A DNA stretch of 64,000 nt, from positions 79,298,001 to 79,362,000 of the forward strand of contig OX597815.1 in assembly GCA_951406725.2 (NCBI GenBank), read 5' to 3'. Both the position numbers and the translations under genes were made by a program. Each line of letters opens with the position of its first letter. Position 1 is the first letter of the stretch. The notes beneath the pieces were generated by a model. That model had not been told where the DNA came from, searched no databases, and saw only the letters and a list, made by a program, of their open reading frames with translations. This DNA comes from Octopus vulgaris (lineage: Eukaryota). Below, one piece after another: positions 1-14,023 of the stretch.

Positions 1-247
1 ATTTAAACATAGCAATTTAGAATTATCAAATGCAAAATGCTTTAAAATGTACCAATATAAACCCAACATGAATGGCCACATTTGCGTGAGTCCCGGCTAT
101 GACTCATAGTACAGGTGTGCTGTGCAGCATGTGAGAGTTATTAATTTTTTTCCAATCTACCTATACATTTGGGTTTATATCGGTGCATTGAATATTTGCA
201 TTTGACAATTCTAAATTGCTGTTTAAATCGAAATTTACATGTAACTT
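1..247. repeat. Inverted repeat (1-66 vs 169-228) truncated by the window edge, followed by GAAA + palindrome
   Basis: ATTTAAACAtaGCAATTTAGAATT...ATATAAACCCAA pairs with TTGGGTTTATAT...AATTCTAAATTGCTGTTTAAAT. Confidence 0.75.
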
Positions 248-338
248 TTAACTCTTCGTCAATTGATATCAAATTTTGTATATGTTCTGAGGCAACTTTT
301 ATAAGCAAGATGCATTTATGTTATTTGTCTGCAAGCAT

Positions 339-470
339 GGGGTATAGTCTGAACAGGGGTATATTCTGGGCTGGCTGTCTGAAGTGGGTATAGTCTGGGC
401 TAGCCCAGACTAGCCCCAGGTATAATCTGGGCAGGGGTATATTCTGGGCTGTTACAGCAGCTGTAACACT
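339..470. repeat. Short element end with 5-6 copies of GGGTATA(G/T)TCTGGGC
   Basis: Direct reading. Includes the inverted copy GCCCAGACTA. Probably the subterminal repeat of a DNA transposon. Confidence 0.55.
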
Positions 471-1291
471 GGCTCATTGATGACATAGTCCACAAGAGTG
501 GTTTATGAAGAGGCTGCGATCTGTTTTCACTATCACACATTTACAAATGCCAATATTTTCGACATATCATTGTAAGTTTATTCTTAATTTTACTTTTTAT
601 GTTTGTATTAAGTATCAATAAGTAGGGACCTAATAAGCCAATAAAAAGACAAGCTAGTAGCGCTGTCAGAATTAAGACATTCATTCTACAAAAAGTACCT
701 AGTAACTTTTAGTTGAACTTTTTTAAAGTAGCTGCAAAGCGTTACAATGGTAAGAAACTTGACCCAAGTCCAACTGAATGACTAAAATGAGGATATTAAA
801 GTAAAGCAAAATTAATCAATTTCGAAGTAACTTCTTCATGAATAGGGACTAACCTTTTTTTGATAAAATATCTGACATATATATATATAAATTGAGATAG
901 GGGTTGTAAATGCAACCTTCCATGGGATAACATATATCCAATATACTGCTAGTGAAGTACCCAACAAAGTTAATACATAAATGTTAATGATTGCGATGCA
1001 ATCAATTCATTTACTGTATTATATGGGCAAAGGTAAAATGATTTACCACAAATTACTAATACAAGATGAGAAAATGGAGAAATACATCTAAATCAAATAT
1101 CAATTACCAGATAATACTCAATCACATACTTTATTAAACCACCACATAAGAGACTGTAGGGTTAAATATAAAAAGCAGAACAAATCAGTGTACATAAAGG
1201 AATGTACATAAAAAAGTGTACATAAAAGAGTAATGTTGTATAATAAGTAGAATATGTATAAAAGAGAATATAAATATATATATATATATAT

Positions 1292-1486
1292 ATGGAGCAC
1301 TCCGTTGGTTACGACGATGAGGGTCCCAGCTGATATGATCAACGGAACAGCCTACTCATGAAATTAAGTGCAAGTGACTGAGCAATCCACAGACACATAA
1401 TAAAGTGTCTTGCCCAAGGACACAATGCGTCACCGGGAATCAAACTTATGACCTTACAATCATGAGCCAAATGTCCTAACCACTAA
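1292..1486 (-). mobile_element. tRNA-derived SINE (third family; relatives near 24830-25075 and 29640-29900)
   Basis: AAGTGTCTTGCCCAAGGACACAATGC (reverse of GTGTCCTTGGGCAAGACACTT) and a reverse tRNA head (GGGAATCAAAC...TAACCACTA). Confidence 0.7.
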
Positions 1487-1591
1487 TATACTGATAAAAG
1501 TAACAGAATTTTCTGAACAGAGTGAAATAGTACAAAATTCTGTACATTTACAGTACAATATTTACATAATTTTATTATATTTATTTGTAGA

Positions 1592-3270
1592 ATGTCTTTT
1601 ACAAAGAAAAAGAGATATGATGAGTCATATTTGAACTTCAGTTTCACTGTGCTTACTGGTGGTAGAATAGAAAAACCACAGAGTGTTCTATGCTCTTAGG
1701 TATTGGCAGCGTCTTCACTGAAGCCCAGCAGGCTAAAGAGGCATTTGGAAACAAAACATTCCAGTGCAGTCAACAAAGACGAGGAACTTTTCAGATCCCA
1801 AGCTGACAGATTGGTCAAATCCAAACTCGATGACACAGGGATGTGTATGCAGGACGTTGTAGCTGGTCTGAAAGCCTCATACGAGGTTTCAAGGAAAATT
1901 GCTGCTACAAAAAAACCTCATAACATTGGAGGGCATTTAATTCTTCCTTACTGCAAAAATATAATCTTACTTGTGCTTGGAATGTCTGAACTATAGAAGC
2001 TTAAACATGTTTCACTTTCCAACAACACTGACTGTCAATGAATCGCTGAGATGTCTGATAATATTTTGTCTCAGGTCATCTCAAAGATAAAAACATCAAT
2101 GTTTAACTATGTTGCCATCCAAATTGATGAAACCACTGATGCGGCAGATTTAGCACAACTTTGTGTTTATGTATGTTATGTGCATAACAAGTGCCTGTAA
2201 GATGAATTCCTATTTTGCGAAAGCCTCAACAACCAAACCACTACAAACGATATACTCCAGAAAGTGGATCAGTTCTTTAACATGCATGGCTTAAACTAGG
2301 AGCATGTTGTTGGCATGTGCACCAACGGTGCTCCAGCAATGTTTGGTTGCCACACTGGCTTTCAGACAATGGTGAAGGAGAAGTCTCCTTACACAACTGG
2401 TACGCACTGTACACTTCATCACCAAGCATTGATGGTTAAAACAATGCCTGACCAATTGAAGAATGTTTTGAATGATGTGGTCAAAGCAGTAAATTTTGTC
2501 AAAGCCAATTCTCTAAACTTGCGTCTTTTTGCTGTTTTGTGCAAGGACAATGGCTCCTATTTTCAAACACCTTTACTGTACTCTTATGTGAGGTGGTTAT
2601 CCAAGGGGAGAGTACTGAAAAGAGTCATCGTTCTACAATTCTTTACAATACTCGGTTCATTATCTGTTTCTCCTTTTTGGTCAACATTTTTGAATCAGTT
2701 AATTCTGTTAACTTAGCACTAAAAGGAAAGGATATCGCCATTGTCCACTGTCAGGAAAAAAATGACTGCATTTAAAATGAAGCTCCATTTGTGGCATTCT
2801 AAATTGGAATGTGAGAATTTTGCACCATTTCCGAACCTCAATACTTTCCTTGATGAAGATGGCCTTTGAGTTGATACTGATATTCTTGATATAATGAAAC
2901 AGCATGTCTCAATTCTTCATGCTGAAATTCAAAGATACTTCCCTGACCTACAAAACTTCGTTTCATCACCAATCCCTTTGCAATCTCTGTTGTTTTCCTT
3001 CCATCAGAAGATTATGTCATTCAAGAACAGTTCATTGACTTACTGAATGATGGAGATGCAAAAAACACTCAAAAGACAAATTTTCATTTGAATAGTGTAG
3101 TGGTGTTTCATAAATGACATTTTCAGTTGATCTGGTAGATATTGCCAAGAGATAAAAGAAGCAGTTCTGCTCTAAAACACAATGAAATGTCAGCTGTGGA
3201 TTTGAAGCTGGCATTCTTAAACAGATTGCGAAATCTATTACCCACTCAACAACATTATGTACATTTCATG
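1592..3270 (+). pseudogene. hAT Buster/Charlie-type (ZBED5/SCAND3-like) transposase relic with stops and frameshifts
   Basis: BED-finger remnant (EKPQ.VLC...LKPSRLKRHLETKH), KKPHNIG, IQIDETTD, CTNGAPAM, THCTLHHQAL, VRWLSKGRVL. Confidence 0.9.
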
Positions 3271-4744
3271 TACAGACACATATAGATGTGAAGATGTATA
3301 TGGTATATTAGTGTCTGTGAATTCCTACACTTTCTTATGGATCACATACTTCATCATTGCTGAATCTAGACATGCTTATTTGAACAAAAATAATACTTTA
3401 AAAAATCTATTTTTTAAATAGTTCTCTTTTCAATATACTTTGTAGACAAGAGAAATATATATGCGTCACTACTGATTTGATTCTCATAAAGTCTACAGTT
3501 CATTCTGTGACTTGCACTGGAGTTTGACCTCTAATTTTCTTATATATTTTTAAAGGTTTAATCAAGGTGGAAAGGCAGTATCCATTACTCTTTCTGAGGT
3601 ATCTCTAAAACAAGGAATGATGTTATTCTCAGACTGGAGACCTGGGCCAAATGCTTATAACAGAGTGCACTCTTATGAAAGCATCTAAGAATCAAATGAT
3701 GATGCTAAACTGGACTTCACAAGGACAGGAAGGGTCCCTCAGATTGGCATCCACTCTGTTCTTTCTATCAAATTTTACTCATAAGCTTTCCATTGACTCA
3801 AGATGCTGTGCTGTGGCATTGAACCTGAAACTACTAAGTTGTGAAGTGACCTTCTTAACCACAAAACCATAAATGCACCACGGCTAACTAATTTTCAAGT
3901 AATAATTGAATGCAAATAGATCAGCGTTAGTTATATTACAATCTAGAGTGTCTATACATTGCTCAACTTGCAGAATCTATATTATAAATTTGTTTCTGTT
4001 TAAAGCAGGTGTCATATTTTTTGCTATTTTACATTTCTTTTGGAGGATTGTGTTGTATTGGTGTGTGCGTGTGTGTGTATATATTTATTTACTGATATAC
4101 ACACAATCAAAAAATAACAATTACCACAATAAAACATTATAACAACAACAGTTATAATCCTTTCTACTATAGGCACAAGCCTGAAATTGTGTGGAGAGGG
4201 GACTAATCAATTACAAGGACCTCAGAGCTCATGTGGGTACTTATTTTATCATCCCTCATGGGAAGGAAAGACAAACTTGACCATGACAGAATTTCAGCTC
4301 AGGACATAAAAATGGATGAAATGCCACAAAACATTTTGTCTGCCAGCTCACCGATAATGATTATTATTATTTTATTATTAAGATTATAGCAATTGTTGTG
4401 CACACTGTCATGATCAATTATTATTCTCCAAGGACAATCTAGATGATTGAAGCAAATGGAAATGCTGAGACATTTAGTTCAATTGCTTGGTAAGATTGTC
4501 TAATGGAAAGATAGCCCTAATGGTAAGATTGACTAAAGGAAAGATAGCCCTAGAGACGAATCTCTAGAATTCCTCAAATCCAACAGCATTTGCCAGTATC
4601 ACAATATCCTGCTGAACTTGACATAAACTTTCTGTTGTTGGAAGCCCATGACATCACAGATACAGTGTGACCATATGTTTTACCAAATACCATTCATAGC
4701 TAAGAATTTCACTTCATCTCATGACTAAGTAATGTTATTCACTG

Positions 4745-5735
4745 TGTAGCGGTAGCTGATATCCTCACTGTTTGAGAGACACAACAGGAATGATCTCATT
4801 TGAGATTACAGCCATCTTTGACTGGGTTGTTCATGTTGTGTCCATTGATCTGATTGGTTGACATGTGGCGCAGTTTGTCTCTACTTTATTTCACACCAGT
4901 GCCCAAAGCCAACTAATCACAGCCTTAGGATAAGGTCACATGACACAGTCTTTTAGATGTTCTTCTGGAGCCTCTAGAATGCTTTAAAATGCCTCAGAAT
5001 TTACCATTCCTGGTCTTTGGTCTTCAGCCATTGACCACACCACCACAGAGCAGCCAGTTCCAGCGACGACCACACCAGCCATGTTCCTGCAACAGCCAGC
5101 AACGACGCCAACATACACCAGCAACGCAGGACGTCTCCACCACTGTCGCCGTTCTCTACCATCGCCACCACCACCGTCGACCTCAACGATATGTACACAG
5201 CAACTCGCTCAAGTTTAGCTTACACACTGTTCGTGTAGACACACCAAGGTTAACAGCACAACTCCACTGGCGAGATCTTCTGTACTGATGTAACCTGGCA
5301 AATGGATCGAAGCCCCCAACTTCTACATGCATAGTAACTGCTCTCCTCTTTGCCCCAACTTCATTGACACAGAACGAACTGCTATTGTGTACCTTACGAA
5401 CTGGTATTCATCTCTATCTTGTTTCTAGACATTTCTATTTGTTCTCTATGTTCACTCTTATAACACACACGAACACACATACACAAACACTTGTTGCATG
5501 CACACATACACACAACACTGGCTAGCACTCACAACCCTCTAACCTTAACACCTTGTAAATAAAATCTTATCTTCTCTCAAACCGTGGAATGGCTTGTCCT
5601 CATTCATTTATATTCTGTTGGCACTGTATTTTATAAATTGTATTATGGCTTATCTTAATTTTGTTAGGTATGCAACCGTGTGGCTTACAAAGGAGACCTG
5701 TCACCAACCTCCTCACATACGGTCATATTCCTACA
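4745..5735 (+). mobile_element. Solo LTR (~991 bp), Gypsy-like
   Basis: Ends TGTAG...CTACA, perfect 4-bp TSD ACTG (4741-4744 / 5736-5739), AATAAA at 5558, higher GC than the flanks. Confidence 0.8.
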
Positions 5736-6760
5736 ACTGCAACCAAAATATTGAACCTTCTCTATAAACCTCTGACTGAAAGTTTATCCTCCTTACTTTA
5801 TCTCTTAGCTTATCAGAAAGATCATTTAAGTAAGCTGGATGGTACTGTACCTTTCAACAGCAAGGCAAAAAAAAAAAAGAAGTCTTGAAAAGTGCTCTAA
5901 GTTCTCCAACCAACAAGATCACAGTTATATTAAACTAGAAATAATCTTTGAAAGACATCAGTTTTTGGAAGTGATATACAAGGAAGGACTTTAATTTCAT
6001 ATCACCAGTAGCATTTTCTCCTGCAAGAAACATCAGACAATTTTTGGAAGTATTATAAGTTTTGTATTAGAAATTGTTAGAAGTGGCACTATCATCATAC
6101 AAACTTTTAGCTTTCCCTTGAGCATTAACATTTATCAGCTCATTACTCCCTGTCTGACTGTTGATCCACCTACTTAAGAGCCATTTCCCTTTGGCCATCA
6201 GATCTACAAAATTTCTAGGGATTTAATGAAGTAACTGCTTGTTCTCTTGACCTTATTTTGTCTTTGTTCTCACATATTGTTTCCTCTTGTAGACATTGCA
6301 AATTTTAATGTTTTTGCAATATGGCTGCTGAATTTTACTTTTACATCAAGTTTTTGTTAAATATTGTATATAACATCTGACTCCTTTTGAGCTTCTACCT
6401 TCACGTTCACCTGATGGTCTATTTCTAGTTATCTCAAAGATGCATACGAACATTTTACTTTATCTACTAGAAGTTAAATCCAAGAGTAGTTGTGGTAGAT
6501 AAGAAATCCATACCAAATAGTTAAACAGTAGAATCTAGTGGTTTGCATCAGCAAAAAGTTACTCTCTTAAAATTTCTGATGTAAGATATCAATAAGAAAA
6601 TGAAAGGGTCAGAGATATGAAGAGCAGAGGGAGGGAGGTATGTACATTGAATTGGTGAATATGCAAAACATACAAGAGGAGCCAAGGAAGGGAGTAGGTA
6701 GATGCTAGCATGTATGTTGATATCACTGAAAAATATGGTCAACCAAAAAGGATGTATGCA

Positions 6761-6812
<52 letters not shown>

Positions 6813-8844
6813 TTGTCACAGTTCAAATTATTTCTTATTGGGAGTCACTGTAGGGAATAGGAAAGGGTGTGATGACATTAGAGAGGCCAGCAATGGGTGG
6901 TTGAGAGGGGTAAGAGTGTAAATGTAGTGGGTACTCAATAATTCTGGGTAGGTACATTTGTTTTTGTAACTGAGGAGAGGAATAGGAGTGAGAACAATGA
7001 CATCAAAAGGACTAGAATGGATGAGAAAAAGGTGCAAAAATATGATGGAAAAATGGAAGAGTTATTTGGGGTGCATTCGAGAGGTGAGTGATTGGCAACA
7101 GCAGAAGTGGGAGATAAGGTAAAACATACGGTGATGAGTGACAACAAAAGTGGTTCAGAGAAGAGAAAGGGATGGTTACCAGTAGAGCAGGGTAAACTTA
7201 AGGTGGGTATTGGATAGGGAGATGAAGATAGTCTGATGTGATTTCCTATATAAAAGCAAGAGAATCAGAATGATGAGAATGATGTGGTGAGAAGATGAGA
7301 GACTGTGGGTTGTGAATGATAATAAACTGGGTGAAAGGTAGGCAAGTAATAGTTTGTTGAAAGGGAGGAGGTCAAGAATGCAATATGAGAGATCTGAAAA
7401 GGTAAGTTTGGCAGGTTACAAAATATCTCAGCCTCTAAACACTATCCTTATGTCAGGGTACATTTTGTCATGGTTGGTCAAGCATTCTGTGGTATCACAT
7501 ATCGCTATCATTATGGTTCTTTGCCAATCTCCTCCATGCAATGTAGAATCTTCAGGTCAACCATCACTTTATCCCAAGCGTTCATTGTCTCTCTCTCTCT
7601 CTCTTCTACAGGTTCCATTTACTTTCTGTGCTTGGCACTTTCTTATGCAGCAGTCACCCTCCATATACATCACATACCTCTACCTGGGCAGCCTTCTCTC
7701 TTGTGCACCAAACCTGATTCCTCTTATTCTCAGTATTTCTCTCTGCTAATCTGTACTCTGACGTTCATACAAACTAACATTGCACTTCTATCAAAGCCTT
7801 TTCGCTTTGTTTCTTTCTTGTCTTTGAGTCTTCTGCATTGAAGGGCTATGTCTCAATACCATGCAGTATTACAGTTCTAACACATGCATCATACTAGAAG
7901 ACCTTTGTTACCAGCAAAGTAATAGTTTCCTGAACTTTTACAAACTCTTTTTACTCTTACTATGAATCCTGAACATTTACCTTCCTTGCTAATTTGATCA
8001 CCGACGACATGGAAGCTATTGACTACTTTCAGTGAGTCAAATGAGCATTGAAGAGAGTCTATTTCTGATGAGCTCTTAGTGTATCTGCCCTCTCTATAAG
8101 CCTACCTATACTTACATTATGGACACGAGAGATGTAGTCGGTGTAATTGGAGTTCCTACTTATTTTCAGCACATTAACCTAGGCCATTTCCTTAACAATG
8201 TCCCATTGTGCATATCTGTTATTTCCTCAGTAGTAATTTCTTTTAAGAAATGTCATTCTTTCTCTCTTTCTCCTTATACCAAACTGTGTATGCTTTTCTT
8301 TTTCTCTTAGAAGCTTGTTCTATGAAATTTGATTAATTTTACTACAGAGGTGTGCCAAGTCTCTTGCCCTCTCTCTCTCCCCTTATATTATTGTGTATTT
8401 TGCTCTCTACCTCTGAGTGGCTTCCTCTGTGAATGTTTTACAATGGAGGTATGCCATATTCCAATTTTACAACACACAAATGTGGTTTATCTTCTCATTT
8501 CTTGGAGATACCCATGTATGCCTGTATCAGCTGAGTGATTAATTATGATCTCTCTAGGTTACCATTATTTTCAAGGTTAAACCTTCGTCTTTAAATGTGT
8601 TAAATTGTATAGATAAGTTCTCACTTTTTTTGTTTTTCTCATAATAGCTTCCTCAGAGAAAATTTAATTCATGATGGAGGTACATCATATTCAAATTTAG
8701 TGGTTCATGAATATTGCATGTATCCCTATTTATTGGAAATGCTAATGTTTTCTCTTACCTGCTACTTTATTATCTCCTTATGTTACCTGTAATTAAAGCC
8801 CTTGACCCTAATTGCTGAAAATTGTATATATATATATATCACTG

Positions 8845-9335
8845 TCATCATTTAACATCCACTTTCCATGCTGGAATGGGTTAGATGGTTTGACTGGAAC
8901 TGGTAAGCCAGAGAGCTGCCCCAAGTTCCAGTCTGATTTGGCATGGTTTCTATGGTTAGTTGCCCTTCCTAATGCCAAAGTTCTTGGTCACTTGTCATCA
9001 CGTCTGTGAGGCCAAACATTCAAAGATCATGCTTCACCACCTTGTCCCAGGTCTTCTGGGTCTACCTCTTCCAGTTAGAGATCAGCACTTCTTTACACAG
9101 CTGTCTTCGTCCATATGCATCATAACCATTCAGTGCAGTCATCTCTCTTACATACCACATCTGATGCCCTGTGCTCAACTTTTCTTCCAAGACACATACT
9201 TACTGCTGTACATGCACACAAGCATCATACAATCTTTCACTTTGAGGGAGAGGCCTTTTGTAACCAACAAATAAAGAAGCTCTCTGAACTTTTCCCAGCT
9301 TGTTCTTATTCTAGCATCCACCTCTACTGCTGACT
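8845..9335 (-). mobile_element. RTE fragments plus shared 3' tail, deleted
   Basis: ARIRTSWEKFREL..LLVTKGLSLKVK, and a reverse copy of the tail seen at 12620-12770. Confidence 0.75.
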
Positions 9336-9809
9336 TGGTCACCAAGATAAAAGTAGCGATATGTATATATATATATATCATCATCACTTAATGTATGCCT
9401 TCCATGTTGACATGGATATATATATCCTCTATTTCTCTCATTCTCCCCCTCTCTCTTAAAGGCTTCTGTGAAAATTTATCTTAAAAAGCATATAGGCTGT
9501 TTTCAAATTTGGTTGCTAGTAAATGTTACCTACCTCCACCCATTTTTCAGGGGTGCCTATGTGTGCTAAGAGATTATTAACTCATCAATTTTAACCATCT
9601 TCCTTACATGCTACTCATATTGGACTCACACTCTCTCCAAGCAGCTTCCACTAAAAATATTTATTTTACAAAGCCATGTTCAAATTTAGCAACTTGCTGA
9701 AGTTGCAGATCTTGTTTCTAAGGCATACCAGTATGAGTTGAACAATGAATTATTTTCTCTTATCTTTTTGCTAAGGTCTACAAACAAACACTGTGTATAG
9801 TCTTTTGTT

Positions 9810-10900
9810 CAGTGAAAAACCATGGAATGACTGGCATACTCCCTACCAATTCCATATCATGGTCATTCAGTTACATAGGGATTAATGTGAACAAGTTAGA
9901 CACAACAATGATCTTTCCAAATCCTTCTCAATGGGAAACAATGTAAATCAGGATGCATCCTCATGCCTACTTACTTCACTATATTCTATTCTTCAGTATG
10001 ATGCTCATATTGGACACAGTAGATTTCAATGAGAAGGGCCACTATATCTGATAATGCACAAAGTTGTTTTTTCAACTTGAAGTAACTACAGTTTCACAGC
10101 AAGACACTAGAACAATTCATCCAATAGCTCCTCTTTAGCAGCAATGCTTTACTGGTTTCCCACACAGAGTCAGCCCTGCAATGTATAAACTCTTGTTTCA
10201 CAGTGACTACTGAGCTTTTCCAACTGGAAGAAGACATATCTTCAATCAGCTGACATCTGAAGAAGGTTATCACCATGCCTGCATCACCATTAGTAAGACA
10301 GTTCACCAGTTTAACTTGAGGTGTTTCGGTCAGATGCCACTATCAATGAAAGGTTGGCAGATTGTACAAGTATATCAAAAAAGGCACATAGATCAGTGTG
10401 TACAAAGTCATGAGTTACCTATGGACCACTTGAGCTTTTACACAAGTAACATCTCTGCACTATCTTCAACACCCACTAGAGTGATTTTTTTTAAACAACA
10501 TTGAAGTCTTTGAAGGGATGAAACACATGCATCAGGTCACAACTATGCTGGGCAGAACGGATATCCAAGATGACAGATTATTACTATCTCAAGATTGCAC
10601 TGTATGGTGCTCTCTCCACTAGCCATCATAACAGAGAGGGACTAAAAAGAAAATGCATTTTCTGAAGAATTCTCTTGGCGTCTGTCTCATTGACAGTCAC
10701 CAGGGTCTACTATAGCCTCTAACCAGGACACTCAACCACAAAGCATTCATTAGCCTGTCTCTTTCTAGAACATATAGAAGGCTGAGCTTCTGAGTATTTC
10801 CCTTGCAGCTGGGCTTGCCAGTTAATTCTTGGTCTTGTCAGCCACTAGCAAGCCTGCAGTTGAAGCCAAGCTATGATCAGGATTTTACCTATATTTTGCC
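9810..10900 (+). mobile_element. Highly degenerate RTE-like LINE; ~150 bp of it is repeated at 11543-11690
   Basis: QL.WAE.I..M.D....K..LYG.L remnants. 10538-10680 and 11543-11690 are similar direct copies. Confidence 0.55.
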
Positions 10901-11849
10901 ATTGAGCACTTGACCTTAACACAACAAACTGTGTATATTTGCTCTTTGTCTCAGTTGTTCTTACTCTATATCACCCTGTGCATAACTGGCTTTCTTTCTT
11001 CATGCTTTCCTCTATGGCATTTTATTTAGAAAAGAGATAATCCATCCCTTTCACTGTTTCCTTCTTTCTCCCTCTGTAATACTGACCACGTTTTTTTCTC
11101 TGACTTTGTGAAAATTTATTTTAAGATATACTTACAACCATTTCGTATGCAGTGGACACAACCCATCATTCCTCCTTGGCCTTCCCTAACTATGCATCAT
11201 TCACATATCAAACCTGCATTGATTTCACAAGAGCTTGAGAGTATCCTTCTGTGAGGTGGCACTAACTCTGTCTCTTAACAGCAGAAAAAGAACAACTCAA
11301 CTACTACTAATTTCATGAAAACACAACTACATTACATCCCTTAAATCTGACTAGTATTTAATCAGAACTCTCACGAGTGCTCCAAATGCTGGGCTGCATT
11401 ATCACTGATAAGCTTCCCTAGCATAGCTAGAACAGCATCCCAAAGACTGAGGTTTCTCTTCAGAGTTAGAAAATATTTTAGCTCCCAACAGTTGTTGGTA
11501 ATCTATAAATCTTAATTGAAGAGATGAACCATCTGCATTAAATCACAACTATGTTGGGCAGAACAGATATCCAAGATGACAGATTATTACTAGCTCAAGA
11601 TTATGCTGTATGGTGAACCCTCCACTAGCCATCATAACAGAGGGACACTAAATGAAAAGGCGCAAGCTTTCTCTGAAGAATTCTCTTGGTATCTAACAGT
11701 GCTTTTGCTATGCATACAAACATTCTGGACTGCATTCAGAGGAGAGCCACTCTAATGCCTAACATTCTATCACTAACAGACATTGCTCCAACTTCTGGTC
11801 CACAAGAGTGCTTTTTCCTCTCTCTACCACCACTATAATGGGTATGAGA

Positions 11850-12770
11850 CATTTCAGAGTGAAAGGTAGATTGTATGATGCATGTGTGTGAACTGCCATG
11901 CTTCATGGCAGTGAAACATGGGCTGTGACTGCTGAAGGCATGCTTAGGCTCAAAAGAAATGAAGTTAGCATGATCTGCTGGATGTGTAATGTCAGTGTGC
12001 ACACTCGACAGAGTGTAAGCACCCTGAGAGAAATGTTAGACGTAAGAAGCATCGGATGTGGCATGCAAGAGAGACATTTGCATTGGTATGGTTATGCACT
12101 GTGGATGGACAAGGAGAGCTGTGTAAAGAAGTGCCACTCCCAAACAGTGGAAGGAGTCCGGGGTAGAGGGAGACTCAGGAAGACATGGGATGAGGTGATG
12201 AAGCATGACCTTCGAACACTGGGCCTCATTGAGGCAATGACAAAAGATCGAGACCTCTTGAGGTATGCTGTGACTGAGAAGACTTGGCAAATAAAGTGAG
12301 TCCACAGATCTAAACCAACACCAGTGTCGCATAACCAGCCCACTCAAAAGTATCTTGGATCATAGGGCGACATGCCATACTTGAGAAGACCTTTTGAGTC
12401 AAGTACATCAACATCAGCAATTTCAAAATCAAATCAAATAGAAATTGTAGTTGTGAGCCCTGTGCTGGTAGCACATAAAAAGCACCACCTGAACGTGGCC
12501 AATGCCAGTGCCGCTTTGACTGGCTTCTGTGCCAGTGGAATGTAAAAATCACCATCCGATCATGGTCAATGCCAGCTCCTCTGGCACCTGTGCTGGTGGC
12601 ACATAAAAAGCATCCACTACACTCTCAGAGTGGTTGGTGTTAGGAAGAGCATCCAGCTGTAGAAACACTGCCAGATCAGATTGGGGCGTGGTGCAACCTC
12701 CTGGCTTCCCAGACCCCAGTTGAACCGTCCAACCCATGCCAGCATGGAAAACGGACATTAAACGATGATC
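11850..12770 (+). mobile_element. RTE-clade LINE 3' end (ORF tail + 3' UTR with (GAT)n)
   Basis: MLHGSETW...HLHWYG...VEGVRGRGRLRKTW, then a UTR ending GGTTGGTGTTAGGAAGAGCATCCAGCTGTAGAAAC...AAACGATGAT. Confidence 0.88.
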
Positions 12771-12798
12771 TCTCTCGATGATCTCTCTATATATATAA

Positions 12799-13145
12799 TC
12801 TTTTATTTGTTTCAGTCATTGTGGAGTACCACTGTGATTTTGCACTTTTACATAGGATTCTTCTTTGGTTGATTTCTTAAGGGTGGTGGGACTTCATATC
12901 ACCACTCCTGTATGTGCTTTTCCTTTGGTTGTTGGCACATTTGGTGTATGAAGGGGTTTGACACTGCTGCTCTCATCTATAGCTTCCATTGGTTCATCAA
13001 GTATTGTGGAGAGTAGAATGTCCAATTCCTTTATGAAGACATTCACACCCACATTGTGTATGTTTCTTTATTTCTGTGGCAAGGCATTGAAGAGCTGCGG
13101 GCCTTTGAACCCTAAGCCATTGCAGTACCTGGTCCTGACTTAAGA
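12799..13145 (-). mobile_element. CR1/L2/Jockey-group LINE 3' end with ...AATGACTGAAACAAATAAAAGA tail
   Basis: Minus strand VRTRYCNGLGFKGPQLFNALPQK*RN (GP.LFN.LP motif), followed by a short UTR and tail. Confidence 0.65.
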
Positions 13146-13168
13146 TGAACTGGACAGTACCTTTATTT

Positions 13169-13200
<32 letters not shown>

Positions 13201-13203
<3 letters not shown>

Positions 13204-13974
13204 GAGGTGGTATCTAAAAGTTCCTGGACTAGTTCTGTAGCATGCCAACAGATGGCAGCACACGGTCACGTGTGCACTGAGAGCCAACAGTGTGCTGGGT
13301 GACATTGCTGTGTTTACTTCATAAATTGTGAAATTTGTGATCATATGTATGCTGTAGTCTGCAATTTTGTCATGGACAGGAAGTTAGAATAAAGAGCCAA
13401 TGTGAAATTTAGTGTTAAGTTTGGGAAGTCTACTCCAAGGATGTACGGGTATGACCTGAGACAAAGCAGCAGTCGTCACAAAGGAAAAGCCCTTCGTCTC
13501 CATGATCAAAGGTGTCACAACAGCATCACAGTTCAATCAAGAGCATGCTCATCAGTTTTTTCGACATCGAGAATTCATCCTTCACAGCCAGACTGTCAAT
13601 CGAGACTTCTACTGCAATGTTTTGAAGTATTTATAGAAGGAGATTTAGCAAAAATGACCAGAAATGTGGAGTGCGAAGAATTGCATTCTTCACAACCACA
13701 ATGCACCATGTCACTGAGCTCTCCTCACTTATGAATTTATTACCAAAATCAACATGGTATCATTTCTGCACCCACCCTATTCACCAGATTTAGTACCTGC
13801 AAACTTCCATCACTTCCCCAAGATGAAAATGCAGCTCAAAGGTCGCCATTTTAGCACAGTTCTTGAAATCAAATGTGAATTGCAGAAGGTCCATGACTCA
13901 CTTAGAGAAAATTACTTCCAGGCTGGACTCCAAAAGCAGCAGAAATTCTGAGACCAGGAACATTTTGATACCAT

Positions 13975-13980
<6 letters not shown>
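13201..13980 (+). mobile_element. Internally deleted mariner DNA transposon
   Basis: TIRs TATGAGGTGGTATCTAAAAGTTCCTGGAC / CCAGGAACATTTTGATACCATCTTATA in TA arrays. Peptides RANVKFSVKFGKS and HPPYSPDL...FPKMKMQLKGRHF. Confidence 0.9.

Positions 13981-14020
<40 letters not shown>

Positions 14021-14023
<3 letters not shown>

Noticed and set aside
4989-5288. 99-aa Q/H/R-rich ORF
   Set aside because: It lies within the solo LTR's low-complexity block, with no splice or homology support.
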